Positions 54,379 to 62,804 of a DNA stretch of 64,000 nt are shown piece by piece. A model generated the notes under the pieces. It worked only from the letters and a program-made list of their open reading frames with translations. It was not told the origin of the DNA and did not search any database. Position 1 is the first letter of the stretch. Each line of letters begins with the position of its first letter. Made by a program: the position numbers and the translations under genes. This DNA comes from a bacterium ADurb.Bin243 (lineage in GTDB: Bacteria; Muiribacteriota; UBA9980), in NCBI GenBank assembly GCA_002069765.1, contig MWBZ01000014.1, positions 7,469 through 71,468 on the forward strand, given 5' to 3'.

Positions 54379-56028
54379 ATGAATTCGAAAAGCTTTCAAA
54401 ATAAAAAAAAGAAAAACTCTTTTATAACAGCCGCTTTTGTATTTTTTGCGGCCGCGCTTCTTATGGCTTCCGGCTGCACCGGTTCAAAACTTCCCGGTTC
54501 AGACGCCGGTTCCGCGTCAGCGCTCAGGGGAGCCGATTCGGCTATGATAAAAAAAGATTTCATCGATTCAAAGCTGATAACGGCTTTCGAATCTAAAAGC
54601 CCCGAAACGATACGCGGGCTTTTCGAACGCCCGCTTAGCGGATCCGCTCACTGGCAGTCCTTAATAGACCTCGCCTGCGCGCTAAACAAGCCGCGCATGG
54701 AAGTCGGCGCTTTAAACGTCTCATCGGGCGCCGCCGGCGAAGGATTTCTAGTCAGCGAAATTGCGTTCGCATATAAACTGTACGGTTTTACCGGCCTTAA
54801 TTACGATCTTTTCGTAAAAGAAGGTAAAATCGCCGTAACATTGAAAACCTCTTTCGGCGAGCAGGAAATACGGCAAAAAATCACCGGCGACGCCTTCGGC
54901 CGCCACTATCACATAAAGGGCCGCGCGGCGACGGCCGGTTCAAAACCGTTGGCATTCGCAGCGGTTACGCTCTCCGCCGGCAATTACGACTACTCCTGCA
55001 CCAGCGGGGGCAACGGTGAATTCGCGATAGAATTCATCGGTTCCGAAGGATTTTCACTCAGCATAGACAGGCCCGGCTATAAACCTCTCGTTAAGCAGAT
55101 AGAAAATATTAAAAAAGGCGAATATACCGACCTGGGCGAACTCGTTATGGAAAAAATGCCGGGGGCCGCGGGCGGCAGCCGGGAAGAAACTTCAAACACG
55201 GCGCCCATGCTTAAGCCCGGCGTAAAAAGTTTCGCCAACGGCCTGGCGGCCGTATCTCTTGACAGGGCCGCTAAATTAAGCTGGAAAGCTCCGGCTGATG
55301 CCGCATCCAAACAAATTTCATATAAATTATTCAAAAAAAACGTTTCCGATGAAAAATTCAAGCAAACCGCGACGCTTCAAAACGAAGAAAATTTTACCGA
55401 CGAAGGGCTTTCAAACGCTAACATATACATTTACATGGTGGAAGCGTATTCCGACGAAACACCCGATGCGCCGGTTTTGACTTACGGGCCCGTGGCGCTC
55501 ATCCCGTCTTCGCTTAAAACCGCACTCGAATTCGAAGACATCGTATCAACTTCCCTTAAATGGAGCGGGGCAAAACCTCTAAAAATTAACGACGATTCGT
55601 TTTCCGGCTCCGGCTGCATCGCTTTCGATCCTCTAAAAACTTCCTCTTTATCTTTTTTAACTCCGCATAAAATCAAAAATGGCTACTACAAAGCTTTTCT
55701 ATATGTAAAACGCTCTAAAGCATCCGCGGCAATGAAGATCGAAATAAAGCAATTCGGCGAACCCGAAGAAAATAAATCTTTTTACCGGGGCGAAGTGAGC
55801 CTTAAATCGATAAACTTAAAAGAAAACCGCGACGTCATAGAGCTGGGCGAAATGCTTATCGAACCTAAAAGCTGGAAAAACGAGACGCTGCCCGAAGACT
55901 ATTGCGAAATGACGGTTAAAATAAGTAAAACCGAAGAAGCCGCTACTGAAAAAGACGGCGAAAAAACAGACAACGGCCGCGGCGGCGAAGCGGCCCTCGA
56001 CGTCATAGAATTCGTAAAAATAGACTAA
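54379..56028 (+). CDS. Lipoprotein with carboxypeptidase-regulatory-like, Fn3-like and C-terminal CBM-like regions
   Basis: Lipobox LMASGC. AFAAVTLSAGNYDYSCTSGGNGEFAIEF...IDRPGYKP (CarboxypepD_reg-like). LSWKAPADA...YKLFKK (Fn3-like). Confidence 0.7.
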   Translation: MNSKSFQNKKKKNSFITAAFVFFAAALLMASGCTGSKLPGSDAGSASALRGADSAMIKKDFIDSKLITAFESKSPETIRGLFERPLSGSAHWQSLIDLACALNKPRMEVGALNVSSGAAGEGFLVSEIAFAYKLYGFTGLNYDLFVKEGKIAVTLKTSFGEQEIRQKITGDAFGRHYHIKGRAATAGSKPLAFAAVTLSAGNYDYSCTSGGNGEFAIEFIGSEGFSLSIDRPGYKPLVKQIENIKKGEYTDLGELVMEKMPGAAGGSREETSNTAPMLKPGVKSFANGLAAVSLDRAAKLSWKAPADAASKQISYKLFKKNVSDEKFKQTATLQNEENFTDEGLSNANIYIYMVEAYSDETPDAPVLTYGPVALIPSSLKTALEFEDIVSTSLKWSGAKPLKINDDSFSGSGCIAFDPLKTSSLSFLTPHKIKNGYYKAFLYVKRSKASAAMKIEIKQFGEPEENKSFYRGEVSLKSINLKENRDVIELGEMLIEPKSWKNETLPEDYCEMTVKISKTEEAATEKDGEKTDNGRGGEAALDVIEFVKID

Positions 56029-56057
56029 CGCATTATCGCAGACTGGTGTGATGTAAA

Positions 56058-56435
56058 ATGTATGAAATTTCCGCGAAATTTTCGATCTCGTCGGCCCACT
56101 ACCTTAATAATTACGAGGGCAAATGCAAAAGGCTCCACGGCCACAACTGGAAAGTGACGGTTTACCTCAAAGGCGAAGAGCTCGATTCGCTCGGAATGCT
56201 GGTAGATTTCACGGTGCTGAAAGGTTTTTTCAAAAACATCGAAGATCAGCTCGATCACAATTGCCTTAACGAAATCGAATTTTTCAAGCAGAAAAATCCG
56301 ACCGCCGAAAATATAAGCGAATTCATATATACCCGAATGCAAGAGCTTCTCGATCAAAACGGAATCGACAACGCCCGGGTTGACAGGGTATCGGTTTACG
56401 AAACGGAAAATTGCGAAGCGGTTTTTTACAGATAA
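56058..56435 (+). CDS. queD: 6-carboxy-5,6,7,8-tetrahydropterin synthase
   Basis: FSISSAHYL, CKRLHGHNWKV, LDHNCLNE. About 125 aa. Confidence 0.9.
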   Translation: MYEISAKFSISSAHYLNNYEGKCKRLHGHNWKVTVYLKGEELDSLGMLVDFTVLKGFFKNIEDQLDHNCLNEIEFFKQKNPTAENISEFIYTRMQELLDQNGIDNARVDRVSVYETENCEAVFYR

Positions 56436-56475
56436 ACCGGCCGGGCCGGCAATAAAATTCAGGAATTTTTTACCG

Positions 56476-58227
56476 ATGAATAACTATCAGCTATCTGAAA
56501 AATTTAACGAAATGGCCGTCATGTGCGAATACGCCGGCGAAAACATATTCAAGGCACGGGCGTTTTCAAAGGCGGCCGAAGCGATAGCGTCCCTCGATTA
56601 CGAATTATACGAAGCGGAAGGCGATTTTGAAATAGCCGGCGCCGGCAAGGGCGTCAAAGAAATAATTTCAGACTTTTTAAATTCCGGCGCTTCGGAATCC
56701 TACGAAAAGTTAAGGCGGACGGTTCCGGCCGATTTGTTTTTGATGCTCAACATATCCGGGATAGGCGTAAAAAAACTCAAAACTCTCTGTGAAACTCTTC
56801 AAATCAATAAAATAGAAGATCTGCTCGCAAAGGCCGAAAGCGGGAAAGTTCGTCAGGTAAAGGGTTTCAGCGCAGCCGGCGAAGCCAATATCATCGATGA
56901 AATCAAGAGGATCCAATCTGAAAAAAATTCAAAGCTTTACTTTATAGCCGAAAGGCTTTTTTACGATACCGCCAGGAGCCTCAAGCATATCGAAGCCGTC
57001 TTAGACGTGGTTCCGGCCGGCGAACTGGCCAGAAAACTGCCCGTCATAAAGAAAATATCTTGCGCCGTAATTTATTCGCCCGCTTTCGACTCCGAATCGG
57101 TGTGCGCGATGATCGCCGAAAAGCTCGGCCTGGTGGGCTGTCAGACAATTCATGAAGGCGGGCTTTCGGTTTTAACCGCCAGAAGCGCTTCATCCGGCTC
57201 CCTTCTCGATTTTTTTCTCGTCAGATCAGGAGATACGGAAGATAAAATAAAAAAAATTCTTGCGCTCTCGGATGATTACATCGAATCGGTTTCGCCCAAC
57301 CTCCTTCCATGCGCAACGGGTTCCGGCTCCGCGGACCAAACGGCGCGCGCGCTCGAGCGTATAAACGCTATCGCCGTCAGCGCAGAAGAGCCGGATTGGC
57401 TCAATATCGCTCCCGAGCATTCGGAAGTTTTATGGAAGAAAATTCCCCCGCGGGACCTCAAAAATATAAAACCGTTCACCACCGATAAAATAAAAGGCAT
57501 TTTCCACGTCCATTCCAGCTATTCCGACGGCGTAGACCCTCTCGAAACGGTCGTTTTCAAAGCCAGAGAAATGGGGCTGGCGTATATCGGCATTACCGAT
57601 CATTCCAAAAGTTCGCCTTATGCCGGAGGGCTGGACGAAGAAAGGCTCATGCGCCAGTCGGAAGAAATAGACAGGCTCAACGACAGGTATCGTCCGTTCA
57701 AGATTTTCAAGGGAATCGAGTGCGATATTTTAAAGGACGGCTCGCTGGATTTTTCGGACGACATATTGAAAACTCTTGATTTTGTTATCATCTCCATCCA
57801 TTCAAATTTCAAAATGAGCGAAAGCGAAATGAGCGCGCGCCTGGTCAGGGCTATTTCCAACCCTTACGTGACGATGCTGGGCCATATGACCGGAAGGCTT
57901 CTCACCAAAAGAAAAGGTTACGCGCTAAACGAAGAATTAATTTTTCAGGCGGCCAGAAAAAACGACGTAATAATCGAGCTGAACTCCAACCCTTACAGGA
58001 TGGATGTTGATTATAAGCATTTTTTAAGGCTTCACGAAATGGGAATTTTAATTTCTATAAATCCCGATTCGCATTCTATCGCCGACGCCATGCAGTGCGT
58101 AAATTACGGAGTCAACGCGGTCAACCTGGGCGGCATGCCAGAAAGCCATATCTTCAACGCTAAAACTATCGAAGAAATAGAGATGTTTTTTAACTTTAAA
58201 AAAGAAACCGCCGGCGGAAAGTTATAA
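56476..58227 (+). CDS. Family X DNA polymerase-like protein with an intact PHP domain
   Basis: Start moved to the ATG at 56476, past the queD stop. N-terminal HhH region (NIFKARAFSKAAEAI, ISGIGVKKLKTL, VKGFSAAGEANI). PHP motifs HVHSSYSDG, GITDHS, GIECDIL, ISIHS, LGHMTGR, INPDSHS. Confidence 0.8.
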   Translation: MNNYQLSEKFNEMAVMCEYAGENIFKARAFSKAAEAIASLDYELYEAEGDFEIAGAGKGVKEIISDFLNSGASESYEKLRRTVPADLFLMLNISGIGVKKLKTLCETLQINKIEDLLAKAESGKVRQVKGFSAAGEANIIDEIKRIQSEKNSKLYFIAERLFYDTARSLKHIEAVLDVVPAGELARKLPVIKKISCAVIYSPAFDSESVCAMIAEKLGLVGCQTIHEGGLSVLTARSASSGSLLDFFLVRSGDTEDKIKKILALSDDYIESVSPNLLPCATGSGSADQTARALERINAIAVSAEEPDWLNIAPEHSEVLWKKIPPRDLKNIKPFTTDKIKGIFHVHSSYSDGVDPLETVVFKAREMGLAYIGITDHSKSSPYAGGLDEERLMRQSEEIDRLNDRYRPFKIFKGIECDILKDGSLDFSDDILKTLDFVIISIHSNFKMSESEMSARLVRAISNPYVTMLGHMTGRLLTKRKGYALNEELIFQAARKNDVIIELNSNPYRMDVDYKHFLRLHEMGILISINPDSHSIADAMQCVNYGVNAVNLGGMPESHIFNAKTIEEIEMFFNFKKETAGGKL

Positions 58228-58291
58228 CCGATTTATATCCCGGCGGAAGCGGTTTTAAAATTTTAATCATTAAATTCAGACTGGAGAAAAA

Positions 58292-59050
58292 ATGAACGGC
58301 GAAAAAGCATTAGAAATTTTGAATATATTAAAAAAAGAATATCCCGACCTCCCCAAAAGTTTTCTGGAATTCAAAAATTCGTTCGAGCTTCTCATATCGG
58401 TTATACTTTCGGCGCAATGCACCGATAAAATGGTCAACATCGTCACGCCCAAACTCTTCGCCGCTTTTCCGGACGCAAAATCGCTCGCCGGAGGAAGCCT
58501 CGACGAAATAATGGCCATAATCAAGCCCACCGGATTTTTTCAGAACAAAGCCAGAAGCATTAAAAATTGCGCCTGCGAACTCGTCGAAAGATTCGGATCG
58601 AAAGTCCCCGAAAGCGTAGAAGAACTCGTCACTCTTCCGGGCGTAGGCCGTAAAACCGCCAACGTGGTGACGCAGATAGCATTCGATAAAACCGAGGGCG
58701 TGGTAATAGACACTCACGTAAAAAGGCTTTCTAACCGCATAGGATTTTCCGCGCACGACGATGTGGATAAAATAGAAAACGACCTTATGGCGCTGTTTCC
58801 CAAAAAAGTTTGGAAACCGCTTACTTTTTACCTCATACTGCACGGCCGCAACGTCTGCGACGCGCGAAAACCCGATTGCGAGCACTGCGTAATATCTACG
58901 CTGTGCGGGTTTTATTCGGAAAATAAAAGAAAGCCTGTAAATAAAGAAAAAACGAAAAAGGCGGCGGCAAAAACAACAGGCCACGCGCTTAAAACTAAGC
59001 CCGCGGCGCCCGTAAAAAAAAGCGCCGCAAAAAAGAAAGCTGGTATATAA
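58292..59050 (+). CDS. nth: Endonuclease III with a Lys/Ala-rich C-terminal tail
   Basis: LLISVILSAQCTDKMVN, HhH-GPD LPGVGRKTANVV, VDTHV, 4Fe-4S CDARKPDCEHCVISTLC. Tail KKAAAKTTGHALKTKPAAPVKKSAAKKKAGI. Confidence 0.9.
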   Translation: MNGEKALEILNILKKEYPDLPKSFLEFKNSFELLISVILSAQCTDKMVNIVTPKLFAAFPDAKSLAGGSLDEIMAIIKPTGFFQNKARSIKNCACELVERFGSKVPESVEELVTLPGVGRKTANVVTQIAFDKTEGVVIDTHVKRLSNRIGFSAHDDVDKIENDLMALFPKKVWKPLTFYLILHGRNVCDARKPDCEHCVISTLCGFYSENKRKPVNKEKTKKAAAKTTGHALKTKPAAPVKKSAAKKKAGI

Positions 59051-59917
59051 ATGGCCATAGCAAAGCCCCTTGTAATTATCGACGGCTGCAACGCTATAAA
59101 CCTCATGAAATCTTTTTCCCGTGACGCCAAAGGAACTTTCCAGTCGGATTGTTCCAAACTCATCTCGCTTATTCAAAACTATTCGTATCAGGCGTCGCGC
59201 CGCTTTATAATAGTCTTCGACGGCTACAACCCCAACGGACGCAACCAGAACTTCGGCGACAACGTTTCGGTGGTATTTTCCGGCAAAAAAATCGCGGACC
59301 TTGTTATCGAAAAGATGACGCTGGAACGCAACGCGAAACTTATAGAAGTGGTGACATCCGACAATGAAGTAGCCTCCATCTGCCGCAACCACGGCGCAAA
59401 AGTAATGAAAGTGCAGGATTTCGAAAAACAGATCGAATTTTACGGCGAGCAGATGAACGCGCATTTGATAAAACAGAAAGGCGGCAGGGTGAGCGAGGCG
59501 GAAAATCCCTTGAGCGAAAACCTCGACGAGGGAAGCTCTAAAAAGCTCAACGACCTGGCGGTCGAGCTGCAGAAACGCGAAATGGCGGCAAAAGCCCGCG
59601 GCGAAGAGCTTGCCGCGAAAGAACGCGAACTCAAGAAAAAACAGAGCAAAGAAGCGGCCGCAAAAAAAGCCAAAACGACCATCACCGACGACGACGCATC
59701 TCTTTTTACCGAGATGTTCGCCGACGCAAAAAAAGTCGTATCCAAAAAGTACGGCGGCGAAACGGCCGCAAAAAAAGAAAAGCCGGGGCCCGATGATAAA
59801 AACCGCAAAAACGAAACCGCAAAAGATCCGCAAAAGCCTCTAAAAAGCACTTCGCCCGAAAAATTCGACTGGACCAAACACATAGACGAAAGCTTTAAAA
59901 ACAATAAAAAACACTGA
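59051..59917 (+). CDS. NYN-domain (YacP/Rae1-like) ribonuclease-family protein with a Lys/Glu-rich tail
   Basis: PLVIIDGCNAIN, RFIIVFDG, VVFSGKKIADLVIE, EVVTSDNEV. The ATG immediately follows the nth stop. Confidence 0.75.
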   Translation: MAIAKPLVIIDGCNAINLMKSFSRDAKGTFQSDCSKLISLIQNYSYQASRRFIIVFDGYNPNGRNQNFGDNVSVVFSGKKIADLVIEKMTLERNAKLIEVVTSDNEVASICRNHGAKVMKVQDFEKQIEFYGEQMNAHLIKQKGGRVSEAENPLSENLDEGSSKKLNDLAVELQKREMAAKARGEELAAKERELKKKQSKEAAAKKAKTTITDDDASLFTEMFADAKKVVSKKYGGETAAKKEKPGPDDKNRKNETAKDPQKPLKSTSPEKFDWTKHIDESFKNNKKH

Positions 59918-59928
59918 AAGACATTTAA

Positions 59929-61269
59929 ATGACGAAAAAAAAAATAATTTTGATAAATCCCGCCACTAAAAACGACCGCGTAGAGGTCCCCGGACGATAT
60001 AAAGGGTCCGACATATTCCGCTATCCCAAACTCGGAACTCTCGCCATAGCGGGAGTGACTCCGGAAAATTACGACGTCGAAATCATAGACGAAACCATAC
60101 AAATACTCGATTTTGACCAACCATGCGATATCGCCGGCGTTTCCGCCGTGACCGCGCTCGCCAACCGCGCCTATGAAATCGCGGAAGAGTTCAAAAAACG
60201 CGGAGTTTACACGGTCATAGGCGGCTGCCACGCGACCTTTTTAACCGACGAAGCGTCCGGGCGCTTCGATACGGTGATATGCGGACTCGGAGAACAGCCC
60301 TGGGTCGACTTTTTAACCGATTACGAGCGCGGGCGCGAATGCGTCAGGAAAATATATTCCGCGGGCCGATCTTCTTCAGAAATCCTTCACGGCATCCCGT
60401 TTCCGGCCCGCTTCGCCGAAGGCCGCCCCGGCTACGCCGGGGGACACGTTTTTTCGATAATGCGCGGCTGCTCTAAAGCCTGCGATTTTTGTTCCATAAA
60501 CGCGTTTTTCGGCCGGCGGGTTTACAAACGCCCGATAGCCGAGGCTTGCGAAGAATTAAAAAATTTGAAACACCCCATCATCAATCTGGTGGACGATAAT
60601 ATATATTCAGATCCGAAATACGCGCGCGAGTTTTTCTCCGCAGTAAAAGATTTCAACAAGCACTGGCTTTTTCAAGCGTCGACCGACATAACCCGCGACG
60701 TTCGGCTGCTTAAATTGCTCGAAAAAGCCGGCGCCCGCGGAGTATTCGTAGGCTTCGAATCGATTTCGCCTCGCAATCTCGCGGATGCGAATAAATCTCA
60801 CAACATAGTAGATAAATATAAAAGGGTCATCGACCGCTTCCACGACCACGGCATAGTCGTAGAAGCGGGCATGATGTTCGGTTTTGACGAAGACCGGGCC
60901 GATATATTCGAAAAAACGTATGATTTTTTTTACCGCCTGAATCTCGATTTAATGCAGATCGCCGCGGTGACGCCGATGCCGGGAACGTCTTTTTACGAAA
61001 GGGTAAAGGCCGAAGGGCGCATAATCAGTTCTAACTGGGACGACTACGACTGCAAAAAAGTCGTTTTCAAGCCTAAAAACATGACGCCCGAAGAGCTTCG
61101 CGACGGCACCGACCGGCTCAGAAAAGAATTTTATTCATATAAGTCGATATTGAAAAGAGGGCTTTCAAATTTTACCAGCCTGGGTTTTATAGGCACGCTG
61201 GGCTATTTTCTCCGCGGCAACCTCGGGTTCAAAAAAAATCATTCGCTCGGGCTCGATTATCCGCCGTAA
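59929..61269 (+). CDS. B12-binding-domain radical SAM protein
   Basis: N-terminal KIILINPA...AGVSAVTALANRAYEIAEEFKKRGVYTVIGGCHATF (B12-binding-like). CxxxCxxC cluster MRGCSKACDFCS. Confidence 0.85.
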   Translation: MTKKKIILINPATKNDRVEVPGRYKGSDIFRYPKLGTLAIAGVTPENYDVEIIDETIQILDFDQPCDIAGVSAVTALANRAYEIAEEFKKRGVYTVIGGCHATFLTDEASGRFDTVICGLGEQPWVDFLTDYERGRECVRKIYSAGRSSSEILHGIPFPARFAEGRPGYAGGHVFSIMRGCSKACDFCSINAFFGRRVYKRPIAEACEELKNLKHPIINLVDDNIYSDPKYAREFFSAVKDFNKHWLFQASTDITRDVRLLKLLEKAGARGVFVGFESISPRNLADANKSHNIVDKYKRVIDRFHDHGIVVEAGMMFGFDEDRADIFEKTYDFFYRLNLDLMQIAAVTPMPGTSFYERVKAEGRIISSNWDDYDCKKVVFKPKNMTPEELRDGTDRLRKEFYSYKSILKRGLSNFTSLGFIGTLGYFLRGNLGFKKNHSLGLDYPP

Positions 61270-61361
61270 AAGCAGCTAAAAATTGCCGCTTTATTTAGTT
61301 TGTATTTTTCAACTTTTTAAGTTATACTAAACGATGCCGGCGACCGGTAAATATTTCGATT

Positions 61362-62069
61362 GTGTGGTGTAATATTTTGAATAAGTTATTAAAAATAAAC
61401 TTCGAATATAGAGTAGAAATTTCATACGCTTTGTTTTTTTTAGCGCTTTCCACTCTTCTTATAAAAAGCGAACTGATTTATGAAAGCCTGGCCGCGTATT
61501 TAAATATAGAGGCGCCGGCGGCCATGAGCCTGTTATTTTCTATAATAGCCGTTCTCAATCTGCTGGCAGGGGCTCTGAGGATATCCGCATGCGCATATCT
61601 CGGCTCCGAAGTCATGATGAAAAAAGAAGTCCAGGCAAAAAAAATGACCGTAGCTGGTCCTTACGCGTATGTTAGAAACCCTATTTATCTTTCAGATATA
61701 ATATCCATGACCGCTACGGCATTTGCCGGAAATATTTATTCGGTTGCGGTATTATTTTTGGGCAAAGTAATAACTTCATCGCTTTTTTGCATTTACGAAG
61801 AAGAAAACCTTTTAAAATATCTCGGCAACGAATATAAAGATTATTACGACAGAGTGCCACGCTTTATTCCCAAACTTTATCAATATCACAATACCGACAT
61901 TTTAGCGCATAAAAATTATAGCGATGGAATGAAGAACAGCTTTTATCCGATCGGTATCGCCGCAGGTTTTTTGGCCGGCGCGATTACTCAAACTTATTTG
62001 TATATATTTATAATAGGTGCAATCGCCCCCGTGGGCTGGTTTATTTTATATAGAAAACGCAGAATTTAA
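61362..62069 (+). CDS. Membrane methyltransferase of the ICMT/PEMT-like family
   Basis: Polytopic. GPYAYVRNPIYLSDII and EEENLLKYLGNEYKDYYDRVPRF motifs. Start codon uncertain: GTG at 61362 or TTG at 61377. Confidence 0.65.
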   Translation: MWCNILNKLLKINFEYRVEISYALFFLALSTLLIKSELIYESLAAYLNIEAPAAMSLLFSIIAVLNLLAGALRISACAYLGSEVMMKKEVQAKKMTVAGPYAYVRNPIYLSDIISMTATAFAGNIYSVAVLFLGKVITSSLFCIYEEENLLKYLGNEYKDYYDRVPRFIPKLYQYHNTDILAHKNYSDGMKNSFYPIGIAAGFLAGAITQTYLYIFIIGAIAPVGWFILYRKRRI

Positions 62070-62090
62070 GATAGATTCGGCCTTTGTCAA

Positions 62091-62108
62091 TGTATGAAAA
62101 AACATACA
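62091..62108. promoter_or_regulatory. Palindrome TGTATG-N6-CATACA about 128 nt upstream of the predicted sigma-54 start (possible enhancer-binding-protein site)
   Basis: TGTATG 62091-62096, A6, CATACA 62103-62108. Confidence 0.3.
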
Positions 62109-62201
62109 ATGTTGGTTTCATCATACACGATATTTTGACATTTTTAAATACATTTTTTCGACACGCATCGATAAAACGGTTAGAAAACCGATCACTAATT
62201 T

Positions 62202-62217
62202 TGGCATGCATCTTGCT
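62202..62217 (+). promoter_or_regulatory. Sigma-54 (-24/-12) type promoter
   Basis: TGGCATGcatcTTGCT matches TGGCACG-N4-TTGCW with correct GG/GC spacing. It lies 31 nt upstream of the flp ATG, with an AAAGGAG RBS in between. Confidence 0.65.
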
Positions 62218-62247
62218 CTTTGTATAACCGTGTAAAGGAGATAACTT

Positions 62248-62466
62248 ATGAACCTGAAAGAAATCATAACAAAAGATCATACAATGGTTCAGAAAGCTTC
62301 TTTAAGTTTGTTCACAGACGAAAGCGGGCAGGGAATGGTTGAATACGGATTGATTCTCGGCCTCATAGCGCTTGTGACCGTGGGTGTGCTCTCTATGCTG
62401 GGCAATAATTTATACGATCTTTTCTTCAACAAAGTAAAAGGCACGCTCGCAACTGTAACGAATTAA
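62248..62466 (+). CDS. flp: Flp-family type IVb (Tad) prepilin, copy 1
   Basis: Leader ending ...DESG followed by QGMVEYGLILGLIALVTVGV (G/xxxxEY Flp processing motif plus a hydrophobic helix). AAAGGAG RBS. Confidence 0.8.
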   Translation: MNLKEIITKDHTMVQKASLSLFTDESGQGMVEYGLILGLIALVTVGVLSMLGNNLYDLFFNKVKGTLATVTN

Positions 62467-62500
62467 CAATAACCCAATAAAATCTATAGGAGGTAATATT

Positions 62501-62671
62501 ATGAAAAAATTCTTTATGAACGAAGACGGACAGGGCATGGTTGAATACGGATTAATCCTGGGCCTCATCGCTATCGTTGTTATCGCCGCTTTAACGGCTA
62601 CCGGCGGTTCGCTGAAAAACCTTTTCACCGGTATTTCGGGCAGCATAAGCACCGCTACCGCAAATCAGTAA
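62501..62671 (+). CDS. flp: Flp-family prepilin, copy 2 (56 aa; below the ORF-track size cut-off)
   Basis: Hand translation: MKKFFMNEDGQGMVEYGLILGLIAIVVIAALTATGGSLKNLFTGISGSISTATANQ, stop TAA at 62669-62671. TAGGAGGT RBS at 62487-62494. Confidence 0.8.
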   Translation: MKKFFMNEDGQGMVEYGLILGLIAIVVIAALTATGGSLKNLFTGISGSISTATANQ

Positions 62672-62702
62672 TATCCATATCGCCAGTTAAATAAGGTTAT
62701 AC

Positions 62703-62739
62703 AAAAGAAGCTGTGTTGCTATGCAAAGCAGCTTCTTTT
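62703..62739 (+). terminator. Stem-loop terminator/attenuator after the flp genes
   Basis: AAAAGAAGCTG (62703-13) / CAGCTTCTTTT (62729-39). Confidence 0.55.
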
Positions 62740-62804
62740 GTACTTAAAAACCGCGGATGTTTTCATCCGCCTGTTACGCACATGGACTGTTTTTAAAAAT
62801 TTTT

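Noticed and set aside
58328-59833. 501-aa minus-strand ORF, the longest unexplained ORF in the track.
   Set aside because: It lies antisense to nth and the NYN gene, whose domain motifs are clear. Its Phe/Arg/Gly-rich low-complexity translation mirrors the Lys/Ala/Glu-rich (AAA/AAG/GCC) tails on the plus strand. It has no RBS and no recognisable motif, so it is a shadow ORF.
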